From the sequence record AP019418.1: a stretch of DNA of 64,000 nt; one strand, 5' to 3'. The position numbers and the translations under genes were made by a program. Below are positions 35,659 through 45,097 of the stretch, one piece after another (positions within the stretch are counted from its first letter, which is position 1; each line of letters begins with the position of its first letter). The notes under the pieces were generated by a model. The model made no database searches and was not told the DNA's origin. It saw nothing but the letters and a program-made list of their open reading frames with translations.

Positions 35659-36183
35659 TTATGTTTTAATCCAATGGGTATATGTACATAGGTCAGTTTC
35701 TTTAATAATGGTTGATTTCCATTTATCCCATTTAATGATTTCTTTAGGGAAATAAACACAACTACTATTATCGATTTCCATCTTGACAGTAGTAATGTAC
35801 ATTTCGTCTAAAATATCCTTTTCAATGACTTCTTTATAAAGTTGAGAACCGCCAATGATCCATACATCCTTTCCAGTTTCTTTATTGAAATGAGTGGCAT
35901 AAATAACAGCTGCACTTAGATTAGGGAGTACACCTAATTTATTATCACAGGATACTGGGTAATTACCGTTACGATATAAACTTGATGATACAACAATGTT
36001 ATTACGATTAGGTAACGGTTTACTACCTAAGGATAAGAAAGTATTTTTACCCATGATAACACAGCAACCAGTTGTCATTTCTTTAAAGAAAGCTAAATCC
36101 TCAGGTATATGCCAAGGTAATAGATTATTATATCCAATGACACCATTTAGGTCATGGGCAACGATTAATTTAATAGCCATCAA
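35659..36183 (-). CDS. folA: dihydrofolate reductase (gp004-like)
   Basis: LIVAHDLNGVIGYNNLLPWHIPEDLAFFK, VIMGKNTF, PLPNRNNIVVS, WIIGGSQLY. Confidence 0.97.
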   Translation of the reverse strand: MMAIKLIVAHDLNGVIGYNNLLPWHIPEDLAFFKEMTTGCCVIMGKNTFLSLGSKPLPNRNNIVVSSSLYRNGNYPVSCDNKLGVLPNLSAAVIYATHFNKETGKDVWIIGGSQLYKEVIEKDILDEMYITTVKMEIDNSSCVYFPKEIIKWDKWKSTIIKETDLCTYTHWIKT

Positions 36184-36686
36184 TTTTCCTTAGGCCAGAA
36201 TTTACAAGATACTTCATTATCTTTAAATTCAATAGCCCAACTACAGCAAGTGAAATTAGTTTTAAACTTAAATGTAGACGCTAATAGGTAATTAATTTGA
36301 GCCATTTGTAATAGCGTTAATTCACCATATACTTTCTCATCAATTAATACACCAGGTCTTTTATGTTTAATAACTAATTCATTCAACTTAATATCTTGTT
36401 CAATATAGAGGTATTCCACTTCGCCTTTTTCTAGTATGGGCATGTCCCAAAGAATCAGACTAATCTGCTGTGTGAATTCCTCAATATTAGTTGTAATATC
36501 TAGTCCTTCATAACCTATCAATAGATTTATAAGTACTTGTAGGCTAATCAGATTAACAGGTAAGTCTTTTAAATCGTCTTCTTTAATAGTTGTTCTAAAA
36601 TAAACAGTGCCATCTAAGTTTTTAACTAATAATCTATTTAATAGATGATTGACTTCTGATTTAATCTGATAATCCAGTTTGATCAT
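36180..36686 (-). CDS. hypothetical protein (gp003 position)
   Basis: 168 aa, overlaps both neighbours. Confidence 0.7.
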   Translation of the reverse strand: MIKLDYQIKSEVNHLLNRLLVKNLDGTVYFRTTIKEDDLKDLPVNLISLQVLINLLIGYEGLDITTNIEEFTQQISLILWDMPILEKGEVEYLYIEQDIKLNELVIKHKRPGVLIDEKVYGELTLLQMAQINYLLASTFKFKTNFTCCSWAIEFKDNEVSCKFWPKEN

Positions 36687-37245
36687 TAGCTAACTCCTTG
36701 AGTCTAGTCATGCCATTGCTAACTTCAATAATGTAACTAAAGTCAAAACTATATTTCATCATTTTGAATTCTTCTTTAAAGTTAGCGATATTTCCAGACA
36801 GAGCAATTTGTTCAAATCGACTAAAATCAGTGATAGTTTCATCAAACATTAGTTCTCTTGCGGTAATATCTGGATCATAGTTAGGATGATCAACTACAGT
36901 ACCTTCATGCTTTAAAGTACCTTGAAAATTCAAAGTCTTTTTAACATGGTCTACAGTTATTTTCCAACTAGTTGCAATATACCGAGCTTTAACTAAATTA
37001 GGAGCATACCTGTAAATACACCATTGTAATGGAGTGCCAACAGTTTGCGTATCATGCGTGGCTTTTATAACTTTAATAAAATTCTCAAGTTGATCAAATG
37101 TAACATTCCTAGTTACACCATCATTAGTGGTTATATTAAGAGATGGTCGAAGACCAGTACCAAGATCATTGGTGATGATTATATCCTCAACTAAAGCTTC
37201 ATATAACTTTAGTCCTTCTTTTCTGGATCCAACATCATTACCCAT
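36661..37245 (-). CDS. gp002-position protein, possible ChmB (chimallin-interacting protein)
   Basis: 194 aa, second gene from the reference genome junction; ChmB is gp2 in related nucleus-forming phages; assigned by synteny only. Confidence 0.5.
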   Translation of the reverse strand: MGNDVGSRKEGLKLYEALVEDIIITNDLGTGLRPSLNITTNDGVTRNVTFDQLENFIKVIKATHDTQTVGTPLQWCIYRYAPNLVKARYIATSWKITVDHVKKTLNFQGTLKHEGTVVDHPNYDPDITARELMFDETITDFSRFEQIALSGNIANFKEEFKMMKYSFDFSYIIEVSNGMTRLKELANDQTGLSD

Positions 37246-37598
37246 TGTTTAGCTTCCTCTTTTGTTACCAGTTGATAAAGTTTATTAAATTCACGTTGAC
37301 GCATTAATTTGTAATCTAGTATACGCCCATTATTTTTACGAATTAAAATAATAAAATCACCCGGACAGACAATTTTATCTTTATCTGGGCCTACACGTAA
37401 AATACCATGACTAGATTCAGTTAGATTACATAATGGGCAAATCGCATTACTAAGAGTAGACTCTTTAGTAGGTATAGCATAACCAACAATAGCACCTTGG
37501 TTGATATTATTGATAACGCCATCACCAGGTATATCACCGTTCTTTTTCCATTCGATTGCTTCAATTGGATCGGTGTATTTCGGTAGATAAAAAGACAT
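37209..37598 (-). CDS. small phage protein of the IEA.QW...GD(F/Y)II...F..(L/T)Y family with CxxC insert
   Basis: PIEAIEW, CPLC, HGIL, VCPGDFII, EFNKLY. Confidence 0.7.
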   Translation of the reverse strand: MSFYLPKYTDPIEAIEWKKNGDIPGDGVINNINQGAIVGYAIPTKESTLSNAICPLCNLTESSHGILRVGPDKDKIVCPGDFIILIRKNNGRILDYKLMRQREFNKLYQLVTKEEAKQWVMMLDPEKKD

Positions 37599-37942
37599 TC
37601 TTAATTAACTCCGATAAATAATAGTAGTATAGTAAAAAGCACTTAGGTATATTTCTATTTTAAGCTATATTGTTGATAAAATAAAACCTAAGGGTACATA
37701 GTGGGTTATTATTTAAAGCTCTTAAATAGCATGGTAGAACGATATTGGACTATATAGCTGTAACCCTTAAGGCACTAAGGCTACAGAGGTTTTTAAGATA
37801 AAGATATCCAATGTACCATAATATGCTTTTACAATAGATCAACTAAATTCATTTAAAATGGGTCGTAAAAATACTTAGTTGATCTAAAGATATGTTGAAT
37901 ACTTTTTCACATGAACTTACGACTCACAATTGGAAATTAACA

Positions 37943-40231
37943 ATGTTAAAAACTATCATTAAACTAGACGGTACTGAAGAAGCATACTCACCTGCTAAGA
38001 TTAATGGTTGGGGTGAATGGGCAGCCCAACATCTTGGCGATAAGGTGGATTGGAGTAGTGTTGTGATGGATGCTGTTCAAGCTCTTGGTGATAAAACTTC
38101 ATCACAAGAACTACAATTACAACTTATTGAAGAATGTTTAAATCGTAAGACATGGTCTTATTATCTAATGGCTGGTAGACTATATGCGATTTATCTTCGT
38201 AAGAAGTTCTATGGTCTAAATGGCATCCCAACTGTTAAAGCGCTTCAAACCAGGATGCGTAAAGATGGTATCATTGTTAAATTAGATTATAGTAGTAAAG
38301 AATACGCTCAGATTGAAAAGATCATTGATCACGATCTTGACCTACTTTGTCCGCATTTTTCACTTCATCACATTCGTGGAAAGTATGCTCTACGTAATCG
38401 TAAAACTGGTCAAGAATATGAGACTGCCCAGTTTGTATATATGCGAATGGCAATGGCTCTAGCTGAAAAAGAGCCAGCTGAAACTCGCATGACCCATGTG
38501 GAGAATTACTATAAACTACTTTCTAATAAAATTCTTAGTGCGCCAACACCTAACTACGTTAACCTAGGTACTAAGCTTCGTGGTTTTGCATCATGTTGCC
38601 TATTTGCTTCTGGTGATAATGGTGTATCACTGGCAATGGGCGATTATATTGCTAACATCATGACCCAATCATCAGCAGGCATTGGTGTTAACTTAATGAC
38701 TAGGTCAATTGGTGATCCTATCCGTAATGGCCTAATCATTCACCAAGGTAAGAAACCATACATCGATGTAATTGGTAAAGCAGTAAGGGCTAACCTACAA
38801 AATGGTCGAGGTGGTGCTGTTACGTGTTACTACAGTGCTTTCGATCCTGAAGCAGATATGATTACTCAGCTACGTAATCCACGTTCTACTGAGGATAGGA
38901 AGAACCGTGATCTTCACTATGCATTCCTAAGTAATAAGTTCTTTGCTAAGAAAGCGGCTCAGAAAGATGGCATGATCTTTGTATTCAATCCATTTACTGC
39001 TCCAGATCTACATGATGCTTTCTATAGTGGTGATATTGATAAGTTTATTAAGCTTTATGAAAAATATGAAGCGGATCCTAAATTTGAGAAAACTTATGTA
39101 AATGCTCGGGATCTTCTCAAATCAATGCTAGTTGAAGCATATGAGACTGGAACCATCTATTCAGCTCAAATTGATGAACTCAATCATCATACACCATTTA
39201 AAGAACCTATTTACAGTTCTAACCTATGCCTTGAAATCGCAGAACCCACTAAGCCTTACTATCGAATGGAAGATCTTTATTCTAGTGAGGATCACGGGCG
39301 CGGTGAGATTGCTACTTGTTCACTGGCTGCTATTGCAGTGGATAACGTTCCTGATAAGCAAACTTATGAAATGGCGGCTTACTACGCACTTAAGATGATT
39401 GACTATTGTATCCTTAATGCAGAGTATGCTTTCCCACACCTTGCACTAACCGCTAAGAATCGAATGAGTGCTGGTGTTGGTATCATGGGTCTAGCCACAC
39501 ATATGGCACGTGCTGGCCTTAAATATAGCAGCGATGCTGGTAAAGCTGAAATCCACTTCATTGCTGAACGGCATATGTACTTCCTTATCAAGGCGTCACT
39601 TAAGATTTCTAAAGAACGCGGGAATGCGCCTTGGATTCATAAGACTAAATGGCCAGAGGGATGGACTCCACGTAAGACTTATAATAAGTCAGTGGATACT
39701 ATCATTGAAGGTGGCTTTGAAGAACTTTATCCATGGGATGAGCTAGAGAAAGAAATTAAGGAGAATGGTGGTATTGCACACTCCGTACTAGCTGCATACA
39801 TGCCTGGTGAAGCATCATCTAAGGCACTAGGGTCAACTAATGGTCCATACCCGGTACGTCGCCTAATTCTTAATAAGACTGATAATGGTGCACGTGTGCT
39901 ATGGGCTGCTCCATATGGAGATGATGACTCCTATGTGTATGAATCAGCTTATGATATCCCCACTAAAGATCTTATTGATTGCTATGCCATTATTCAAAAG
40001 TGGACTGATCAAACAATCAGTGCGGACCTCTACCGACGCATTGTAGGTTCTGAAAAGATCTCTTCTAATGAAATGCTAGGTAATCACTTCTACATGGTGA
40101 AACGTGGAATGAAAACCCGGTATTATGTAAATCTAGAAACAGCAGCAGGACTTGATATTAAATCACTTGAACGTGCTGTTGAGGTAACTAATACTGAAGT
40201 TGGGTGTGCAGGCGGTTCGTGCACTCTTTAA
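37943..40231 (+). CDS. nrdA: ribonucleotide reductase class Ia alpha subunit
   Basis: ATP-cone-like N-terminus, SCC, NLCLE active site, CSLAAI, RYY, C-terminal GCAGGSC. Confidence 0.97.
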   Translation: MLKTIIKLDGTEEAYSPAKINGWGEWAAQHLGDKVDWSSVVMDAVQALGDKTSSQELQLQLIEECLNRKTWSYYLMAGRLYAIYLRKKFYGLNGIPTVKALQTRMRKDGIIVKLDYSSKEYAQIEKIIDHDLDLLCPHFSLHHIRGKYALRNRKTGQEYETAQFVYMRMAMALAEKEPAETRMTHVENYYKLLSNKILSAPTPNYVNLGTKLRGFASCCLFASGDNGVSLAMGDYIANIMTQSSAGIGVNLMTRSIGDPIRNGLIIHQGKKPYIDVIGKAVRANLQNGRGGAVTCYYSAFDPEADMITQLRNPRSTEDRKNRDLHYAFLSNKFFAKKAAQKDGMIFVFNPFTAPDLHDAFYSGDIDKFIKLYEKYEADPKFEKTYVNARDLLKSMLVEAYETGTIYSAQIDELNHHTPFKEPIYSSNLCLEIAEPTKPYYRMEDLYSSEDHGRGEIATCSLAAIAVDNVPDKQTYEMAAYYALKMIDYCILNAEYAFPHLALTAKNRMSAGVGIMGLATHMARAGLKYSSDAGKAEIHFIAERHMYFLIKASLKISKERGNAPWIHKTKWPEGWTPRKTYNKSVDTIIEGGFEELYPWDELEKEIKENGGIAHSVLAAYMPGEASSKALGSTNGPYPVRRLILNKTDNGARVLWAAPYGDDDSYVYESAYDIPTKDLIDCYAIIQKWTDQTISADLYRRIVGSEKISSNEMLGNHFYMVKRGMKTRYYVNLETAAGLDIKSLERAVEVTNTEVGCAGGSCTL

Positions 40232-40237
40232 GTGTAT

Positions 40238-40263
40238 ACACCCTCCCTTAATTGGGAGGGTGT
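40238..40263 (+). terminator. hairpin between nrdA and nrdB
   Basis: ACACCCTCCC-TTAATT-GGGAGGGTGT; 20-bp core repeated at 41915. Confidence 0.75.
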
Positions 40264-40331
40264 TATTCCCAATTTATACTAACCTCTATTATTTATTGTA
40301 AGAAATATTTTTAAATTGTAAAGGAACTGAT

Positions 40332-41495
40332 ATGTCTACTAAATCTCAACTACCAAAGAAAATCTTCAATGTTGCTAAGAGTGATTATCATCTACCGGAA
40401 ATTATTCTTGGAGATGATCCAGGTCTACTAGATTCAATCCACACTCATTATCCTAAAATGTGGGAGCTATATAAGCGTCTAAAGATGCTTGATTGGGATG
40501 AGCTAGAATTTGACTTTTCCACTTGTCTAGTAGAATTTGAAACGTGTGATAAATCAACTTATGACATGATGATTAAGACACTGGCCTGGCAATGGGAAGC
40601 TGACTCTGTAGCCAGTCGTTCCATTGTTAATATTCTATCACCTGTCATGACAGATTCACGAGTATGGGCGGGATATGTACGTATTAATGATAATGAAGAC
40701 GTACATGCTTTAACTTATTCTGAAATTGTACGTAATAGCTTTAAAGATCCTAAAGTTATTCTAGACGAAATTCTTAGGGTAGAAGAAGCACAAGAACGAA
40801 TGGTTGCAGTAGCCCGCACTATGGGTGAAGCACATGACGCAGTTCATGCGTATGCTCTTAATCAGGTACCCAATGATCAAGAACTTTACAATAAAGTATT
40901 CATGTTCTTCATCGCTCTATATTTCCTAGAACGTATCCAGTTCATGGCATCCTTTGCAGTAACCTTTGCTATTGGTCGTACTGGTGCATTCCAGCAAATT
41001 GCAGCCGCTGTTAAGAAAATTGCCCAAGACGAATTCGAAATCCATGCACAATATGGACAAGAAGTTATTCGTGCACTACTGGCAACTGAACGCGGTAAAC
41101 TCGCTTACAGTCAATGTAAAGATAAAATCATTGAACTACTATGGGAAATTGTAAAGACTGAAGTTACCTGGGTTAATTATCTATTCTCTGAAGGTCGTGA
41201 ACTAACTGGTGTTAATGCGACTAAACTTATTAACTGGGTACTTTTCAATGCTAATGCCGCAGCAACATTCCTAAGTATTGAAAATGATGTTGTAGAACAG
41301 TATCAAGTGGAGTTTAAAGAATCAGCTGGATTTGATTTTGTTTGGCCAGAGAAAAACCCACTTCTTTATATGGAAGACTACCTAGATATTTCATCAACCC
41401 AAGCATCTCCTCAGGAAGAAGAGAAGCCTGATTACATGGTCAACGTTGTAAATGATGTTGGTGAAGAAGAAGAATTTGAGGTTGACTTCTTATGA
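40332..41495 (+). CDS. nrdB: ribonucleotide reductase class Ia beta subunit
   Basis: WEADS, NEDVHALTY (radical Tyr), FLERIQF, DEFEIH, QEEEKPDY C-terminus. Confidence 0.95.
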   Translation: MSTKSQLPKKIFNVAKSDYHLPEIILGDDPGLLDSIHTHYPKMWELYKRLKMLDWDELEFDFSTCLVEFETCDKSTYDMMIKTLAWQWEADSVASRSIVNILSPVMTDSRVWAGYVRINDNEDVHALTYSEIVRNSFKDPKVILDEILRVEEAQERMVAVARTMGEAHDAVHAYALNQVPNDQELYNKVFMFFIALYFLERIQFMASFAVTFAIGRTGAFQQIAAAVKKIAQDEFEIHAQYGQEVIRALLATERGKLAYSQCKDKIIELLWEIVKTEVTWVNYLFSEGRELTGVNATKLINWVLFNANAAATFLSIENDVVEQYQVEFKESAGFDFVWPEKNPLLYMEDYLDISSTQASPQEEEKPDYMVNVVNDVGEEEEFEVDFL

Positions 41496-41905
41496 TTAAG
41501 ATTATCGCATTCGTAGTTTTAATGTGGTCCACTGTCCTATTTGCAGCAACTGAAGTAAAATCAACTACAGATGGTATTATTGCACATTCAGAATGTCAGC
41601 TAGTTGCTAAAGATAGTAGTGTTGTCGGCACTACTGTTGGAGGTGCGGTTGGAGCCACCGCAGGCGCTGTGTTAGGTCGAGCAATCTTTGGTAAATCTGG
41701 AGGTTGGGTAGGTGGTTTAATCGGTGGTGCCGCAGGCGGCGCAGTCGGTAATAATGTTAGTGCTACTGAAACATTTCAATGTAAACTGATTGTTAATACA
41801 GATGGCAAGCAGTACATGGTTCAAACAGTTACCAATGAAAAACCAAAGGTTGGTGATAAAGTCACTGTTGTTGAAATGAATGATGGTACACGAGATATAA
41901 TGTAG
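41492..41905 (+). CDS. secreted glycine-zipper (SlyB/YcfJ-like) protein
   Basis: Signal peptide MIKIIAFVVLMWSTVLFA; two GxxxG zipper helices; OB-like C-terminus KPKVGDKVTV. Confidence 0.8.
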   Translation: MIKIIAFVVLMWSTVLFAATEVKSTTDGIIAHSECQLVAKDSSVVGTTVGGAVGATAGAVLGRAIFGKSGGWVGGLIGGAAGGAVGNNVSATETFQCKLIVNTDGKQYMVQTVTNEKPKVGDKVTVVEMNDGTRDIM

Positions 41906-41913
41906 ACATAATG

Positions 41914-41935
41914 ACCCTCCCTTAATTGGGAGGGT
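41914..41935 (+). terminator. terminator
   Basis: ACCCTCCC-TTAATT-GGGAGGGT then TTT. Confidence 0.8.
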
Positions 41936-41990
41936 TTATGCTAACAATTCTATAGCACTCTTATTAACAGTCATCAACGAGAGAGTAGAC

Positions 41991-43874
41991 ATGAATAAAA
42001 TGCTAAACTTCCTAAACCGTACGCTATATAGCGGTACTGAAAAAGTATCTTCAAAAGCTACACCAAGTCTAGAACACTTTAAAACAAATGTTGAACAAGT
42101 AGATAAAAAGATTCTACAACCCTTTAGTACTAAATTTAAAACCATTCTAAAAGAATGTTACAGTAATGAAGAGTGGGTTGAAGAACAATCATTTATTGAA
42201 GAACCTATTGATCTTGGTTCAGCTGCACGCGGTCTTACCGAGCGCGGTATTATGCGTGGTGATTGGGGACGCTTAGCGCATTCCACTATTAAAGAAGCAG
42301 AAGGTATGATGCGTACTTATAGTGGTCGTCTAAATGAAGATATGGAGGCATCTGAAATTAATGAAGTAATTCAAGATATGCCTTATAACTTCACAGCTGG
42401 CTCAGCTAATACTAGCCGTTTAGAAGAAGATGATTCTATTTTTGTTGAAGCAGATACAACTGTAGTTGAACCTCTGTCTAAGCAGACTCTGCCAAAAGTA
42501 GCAGAACTTACTAACCAACTAGTAGAAGTTTATAACCGAATCACTGAAGAATTTACAGAAACTGGTATTGCTAAAGTTGAACAAGTTGAACAGCCAGCAG
42601 TTCTTGTAGCACTTGGTGAGATCATTAGTAGTTTTAATAAACTAATTGATGCTTCATGTGGTGCTCTACCAGTGGAAGAAACTGTTATTGTAGAGGAGGA
42701 TCCGTTACCTGCCATTGTTACTGGTCCAACTACTGAACCCATTGATGGTGAAATTCCACCTGTTGATGCTATTAATAATTCTGCGGCATTAGAAGAGTTT
42801 ATTGAAGAAGTACTAAGTACTAATCCAGAATTCATTAAATACCAAAGTATGAATGATAGTAATATTGATTCATATCTAACTGGAGATGACTGGATTATAC
42901 TAAAATTTAAAGATGGTTCTTATTATTTATACAATGCCCAGAGTGCTGGTGAAACAAATATAGAAATCATGAAAGATATGGCCGAAACTGGTAGTGGTCT
43001 TAATGGTTTTATAAATCGAGTTATTCGTGGCGGGTATGTAGAGAAGTCCATCATTAATACTCCCGGTTTTATACAAGTCTCAAATGAAGGTCTTATCGAC
43101 ACCATTAAGAGTATCTTCGACTCTGGCCCTGAGATCAATCTTGATAAAAAGAAGAAAGCTATTGCTACACTGAAAAGTACCTATGGTGATGCCAAATGGG
43201 TGGCAGAAGCAAAGCTTAAAACCGGCGAAGTAAAAGTATCGAGTTACGAGACGTTCGCGTCTAATGATCCTAAGACCGCAAAAGCCAATATCACTAATGC
43301 TGTAGCTAAAGCTGATCGTCACAACCAGAAAGTTCTGGATGAGAACAGTAAGATACTAGCCCCCGTGGTTAATCTGTTCAAAGGGAATGATTGGCAAGAC
43401 CCTAAGAAAGTCGCTACTCTTCTGGCTGAATGGAAACCCAATGTAAAGACAAACTTCCAAGAACCCAAATGGCCAGATAATGCTGGTGCTAAGATTAAGT
43501 TGCTTGATGCTACCGGTATTGTGGAAGCAGCTAACGTTATCATTGACGTTCTGTCTAACAACACTAAGACTATTGCGGACACTTGGGTAGCCCAGTATCC
43601 TGACCTATCTGTCAATGGGGATATCTACAAACATAAGCTATCCACTATTAAAGATAAAGATGCTCTTGAGGATGTATATCTGCTGGCTAAAAGGGCCGAT
43701 AATGCCATTCTTAACATTCATGCATCGTACGACGACGCTAAGGTTGAATCTACATATCGAGTATTTGCTATCGACATGTTGAAACTAATGCAAGCATCTG
43801 TCAGTAGCTTCCCAAGTGGTTCAACCGTAGAGAACACCAATGAACGCAATACGGTCATTGGTATTGAAGAATAA
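41991..43874 (+). CDS. protease-processed internal head protein (gp303-like) with KTSC-like middle domain
   Basis: Several S/A/G-X-E sites (SLE, SNE, ALE, SNE), acidic propeptide, SNEGLIDTIKSIF junction typical of phiKZ inner-head paralogs. Confidence 0.75.
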   Translation: MNKMLNFLNRTLYSGTEKVSSKATPSLEHFKTNVEQVDKKILQPFSTKFKTILKECYSNEEWVEEQSFIEEPIDLGSAARGLTERGIMRGDWGRLAHSTIKEAEGMMRTYSGRLNEDMEASEINEVIQDMPYNFTAGSANTSRLEEDDSIFVEADTTVVEPLSKQTLPKVAELTNQLVEVYNRITEEFTETGIAKVEQVEQPAVLVALGEIISSFNKLIDASCGALPVEETVIVEEDPLPAIVTGPTTEPIDGEIPPVDAINNSAALEEFIEEVLSTNPEFIKYQSMNDSNIDSYLTGDDWIILKFKDGSYYLYNAQSAGETNIEIMKDMAETGSGLNGFINRVIRGGYVEKSIINTPGFIQVSNEGLIDTIKSIFDSGPEINLDKKKKAIATLKSTYGDAKWVAEAKLKTGEVKVSSYETFASNDPKTAKANITNAVAKADRHNQKVLDENSKILAPVVNLFKGNDWQDPKKVATLLAEWKPNVKTNFQEPKWPDNAGAKIKLLDATGIVEAANVIIDVLSNNTKTIADTWVAQYPDLSVNGDIYKHKLSTIKDKDALEDVYLLAKRADNAILNIHASYDDAKVESTYRVFAIDMLKLMQASVSSFPSGSTVENTNERNTVIGIEE

Positions 43875-43883
43875 CTTACTGAG

Positions 43884-44040
43884 TATGTAATGATATGTAG
43901 AAATGATCCCTCCCCCTCGTTTCTACATTAGTCATAATAAATCGGAGCCAGTCCCCCTTCCAACTGGCTCCCAGAGAGTAAAACTCTTTGCTGGGCATTA
44001 ATGACGATATATCGCCTCCCTTCGGGGAGGCTTTATATTT
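43884..44040 (+). ncRNA. candidate sRNA with C-rich loops
   Basis: TATG late-promoter core, three hairpins (two with C-rich loops), UUCG terminator at 44014..44031. Confidence 0.5.
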
Positions 44041-44094
44041 TGTTTTTACGTGAGTATGTTAAAATATGTACAAATAACATAGAGTAATTATAAA

Positions 44095-44547
44095 ATGATT
44101 AAGAATGAACTTTTACCAGGGTTAATCTATGCCCAAAAAGAATTTGATAAAATTGCAGCTAATGTAAAAGACTATGATAAATATAAAAGACGTGAAGCTG
44201 GTAGGGCAAGCGCCGTTTTAAGAAGTCTAGTGAATAATATTGTAAATCAAAATAAACCATCTTCACTTGAACATGAAGGTAAAGTTAGTACTACTAATAC
44301 TAATGAATATTTAGAAGAAGTTAATAATTACTTCTTTAACATTAATAATATTAAATTAATTTCTCCTAAACTCATAAAAGAGAAATTAACAATTGATCTA
44401 ATGAATATTTATGTTAAATGGAATATGATTGGAGTGGCTGGCCGAAATGATGTGCCAATTATTGAGCACAGAATTAATGATTGGTGCGAAGTGACCGATG
44501 TCTACATTAATGGTAATAAGATAACTTCTTTACAATGGCCACGTTGA
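44095..44547 (+). CDS. hypothetical protein
   Basis: 150-aa AT-rich ORF. Confidence 0.65.
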   Translation: MIKNELLPGLIYAQKEFDKIAANVKDYDKYKRREAGRASAVLRSLVNNIVNQNKPSSLEHEGKVSTTNTNEYLEEVNNYFFNINNIKLISPKLIKEKLTIDLMNIYVKWNMIGVAGRNDVPIIEHRINDWCEVTDVYINGNKITSLQWPR

Positions 44548-44605
44548 ATTTAAAATAAGTTGTAATAAAATACCTAGTATTACATGTTATGTATTGAAGC
44601 ACAAT

Positions 44606-44690
44606 GCCCGAATGGTGAAATTGGTAAACACAGAAGACTTAAAATCTTCCGGCTACGGTCTTGTCGGTTCGAATCCGACTTCGGGCACCA
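44606..44690 (+). tRNA. tRNA-Leu(TAA)
   Basis: GCCCGAA/TTCGGGC acceptor, GAAGA-CTTAAAA-TCTTC anticodon arm, long variable arm, CCA end. Confidence 0.97.
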
Positions 44691-44699
44691 ATTTAAATA

Positions 44700-44775
44700 C
44701 GGAGTGTAGCGCAGTTGGTAGCGCGCCTGCTTTGGGAGCAGGATGTCGGGAGTTCGAGTCTCCCCACTCCGACCA
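44700..44775 (+). tRNA. tRNA-Pro(TGG)
   Basis: CGGAGTG/CACTCCG acceptor, CCTGC-TTTGGGA-GCAGG, CCA end. Confidence 0.97.
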
Positions 44776-44796
44776 TTTTAATAATAGGTAAATAGG

Positions 44797-45090
44797 ATGG
44801 ATAATAAATGGATATCATGGGAACATCAAATTATAGGAACAGCTCTTTACGCTATTCTTAGTGACCCTGAATTAACTAATATTCAATTAGCTCAAGGCTT
44901 ACACTATCTAACAGAAGCAAAGTCTTCTGTATTACATGTTTGTAATAATCATATTACATTCACTGTAACCTATCCACATGGCACATTTAGAACCAATGTA
45001 ATTAGAGAGTGCCCTGCTAGTGATACAAATACATTCAAATGGTCAGGTGTATTAGTCCGTCAAAAAGATGGAACATTCTTACCAGAATAA
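44797..45090 (+). CDS. hypothetical protein between tRNAs
   Basis: 97 aa, AGGT/AGGA RBS. Confidence 0.65.
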   Translation: MDNKWISWEHQIIGTALYAILSDPELTNIQLAQGLHYLTEAKSSVLHVCNNHITFTVTYPHGTFRTNVIRECPASDTNTFKWSGVLVRQKDGTFLPE

Positions 45091-45097
45091 ATAAAAA

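Noticed and set aside
37761-37790. Imperfect inverted repeat TGTAACCCTTA/TAAGGGCTACA in the divergent nrdA intergenic region
   Set aside because: Single occurrence with no supporting motif, so it cannot be assigned as an operator or origin from sequence alone
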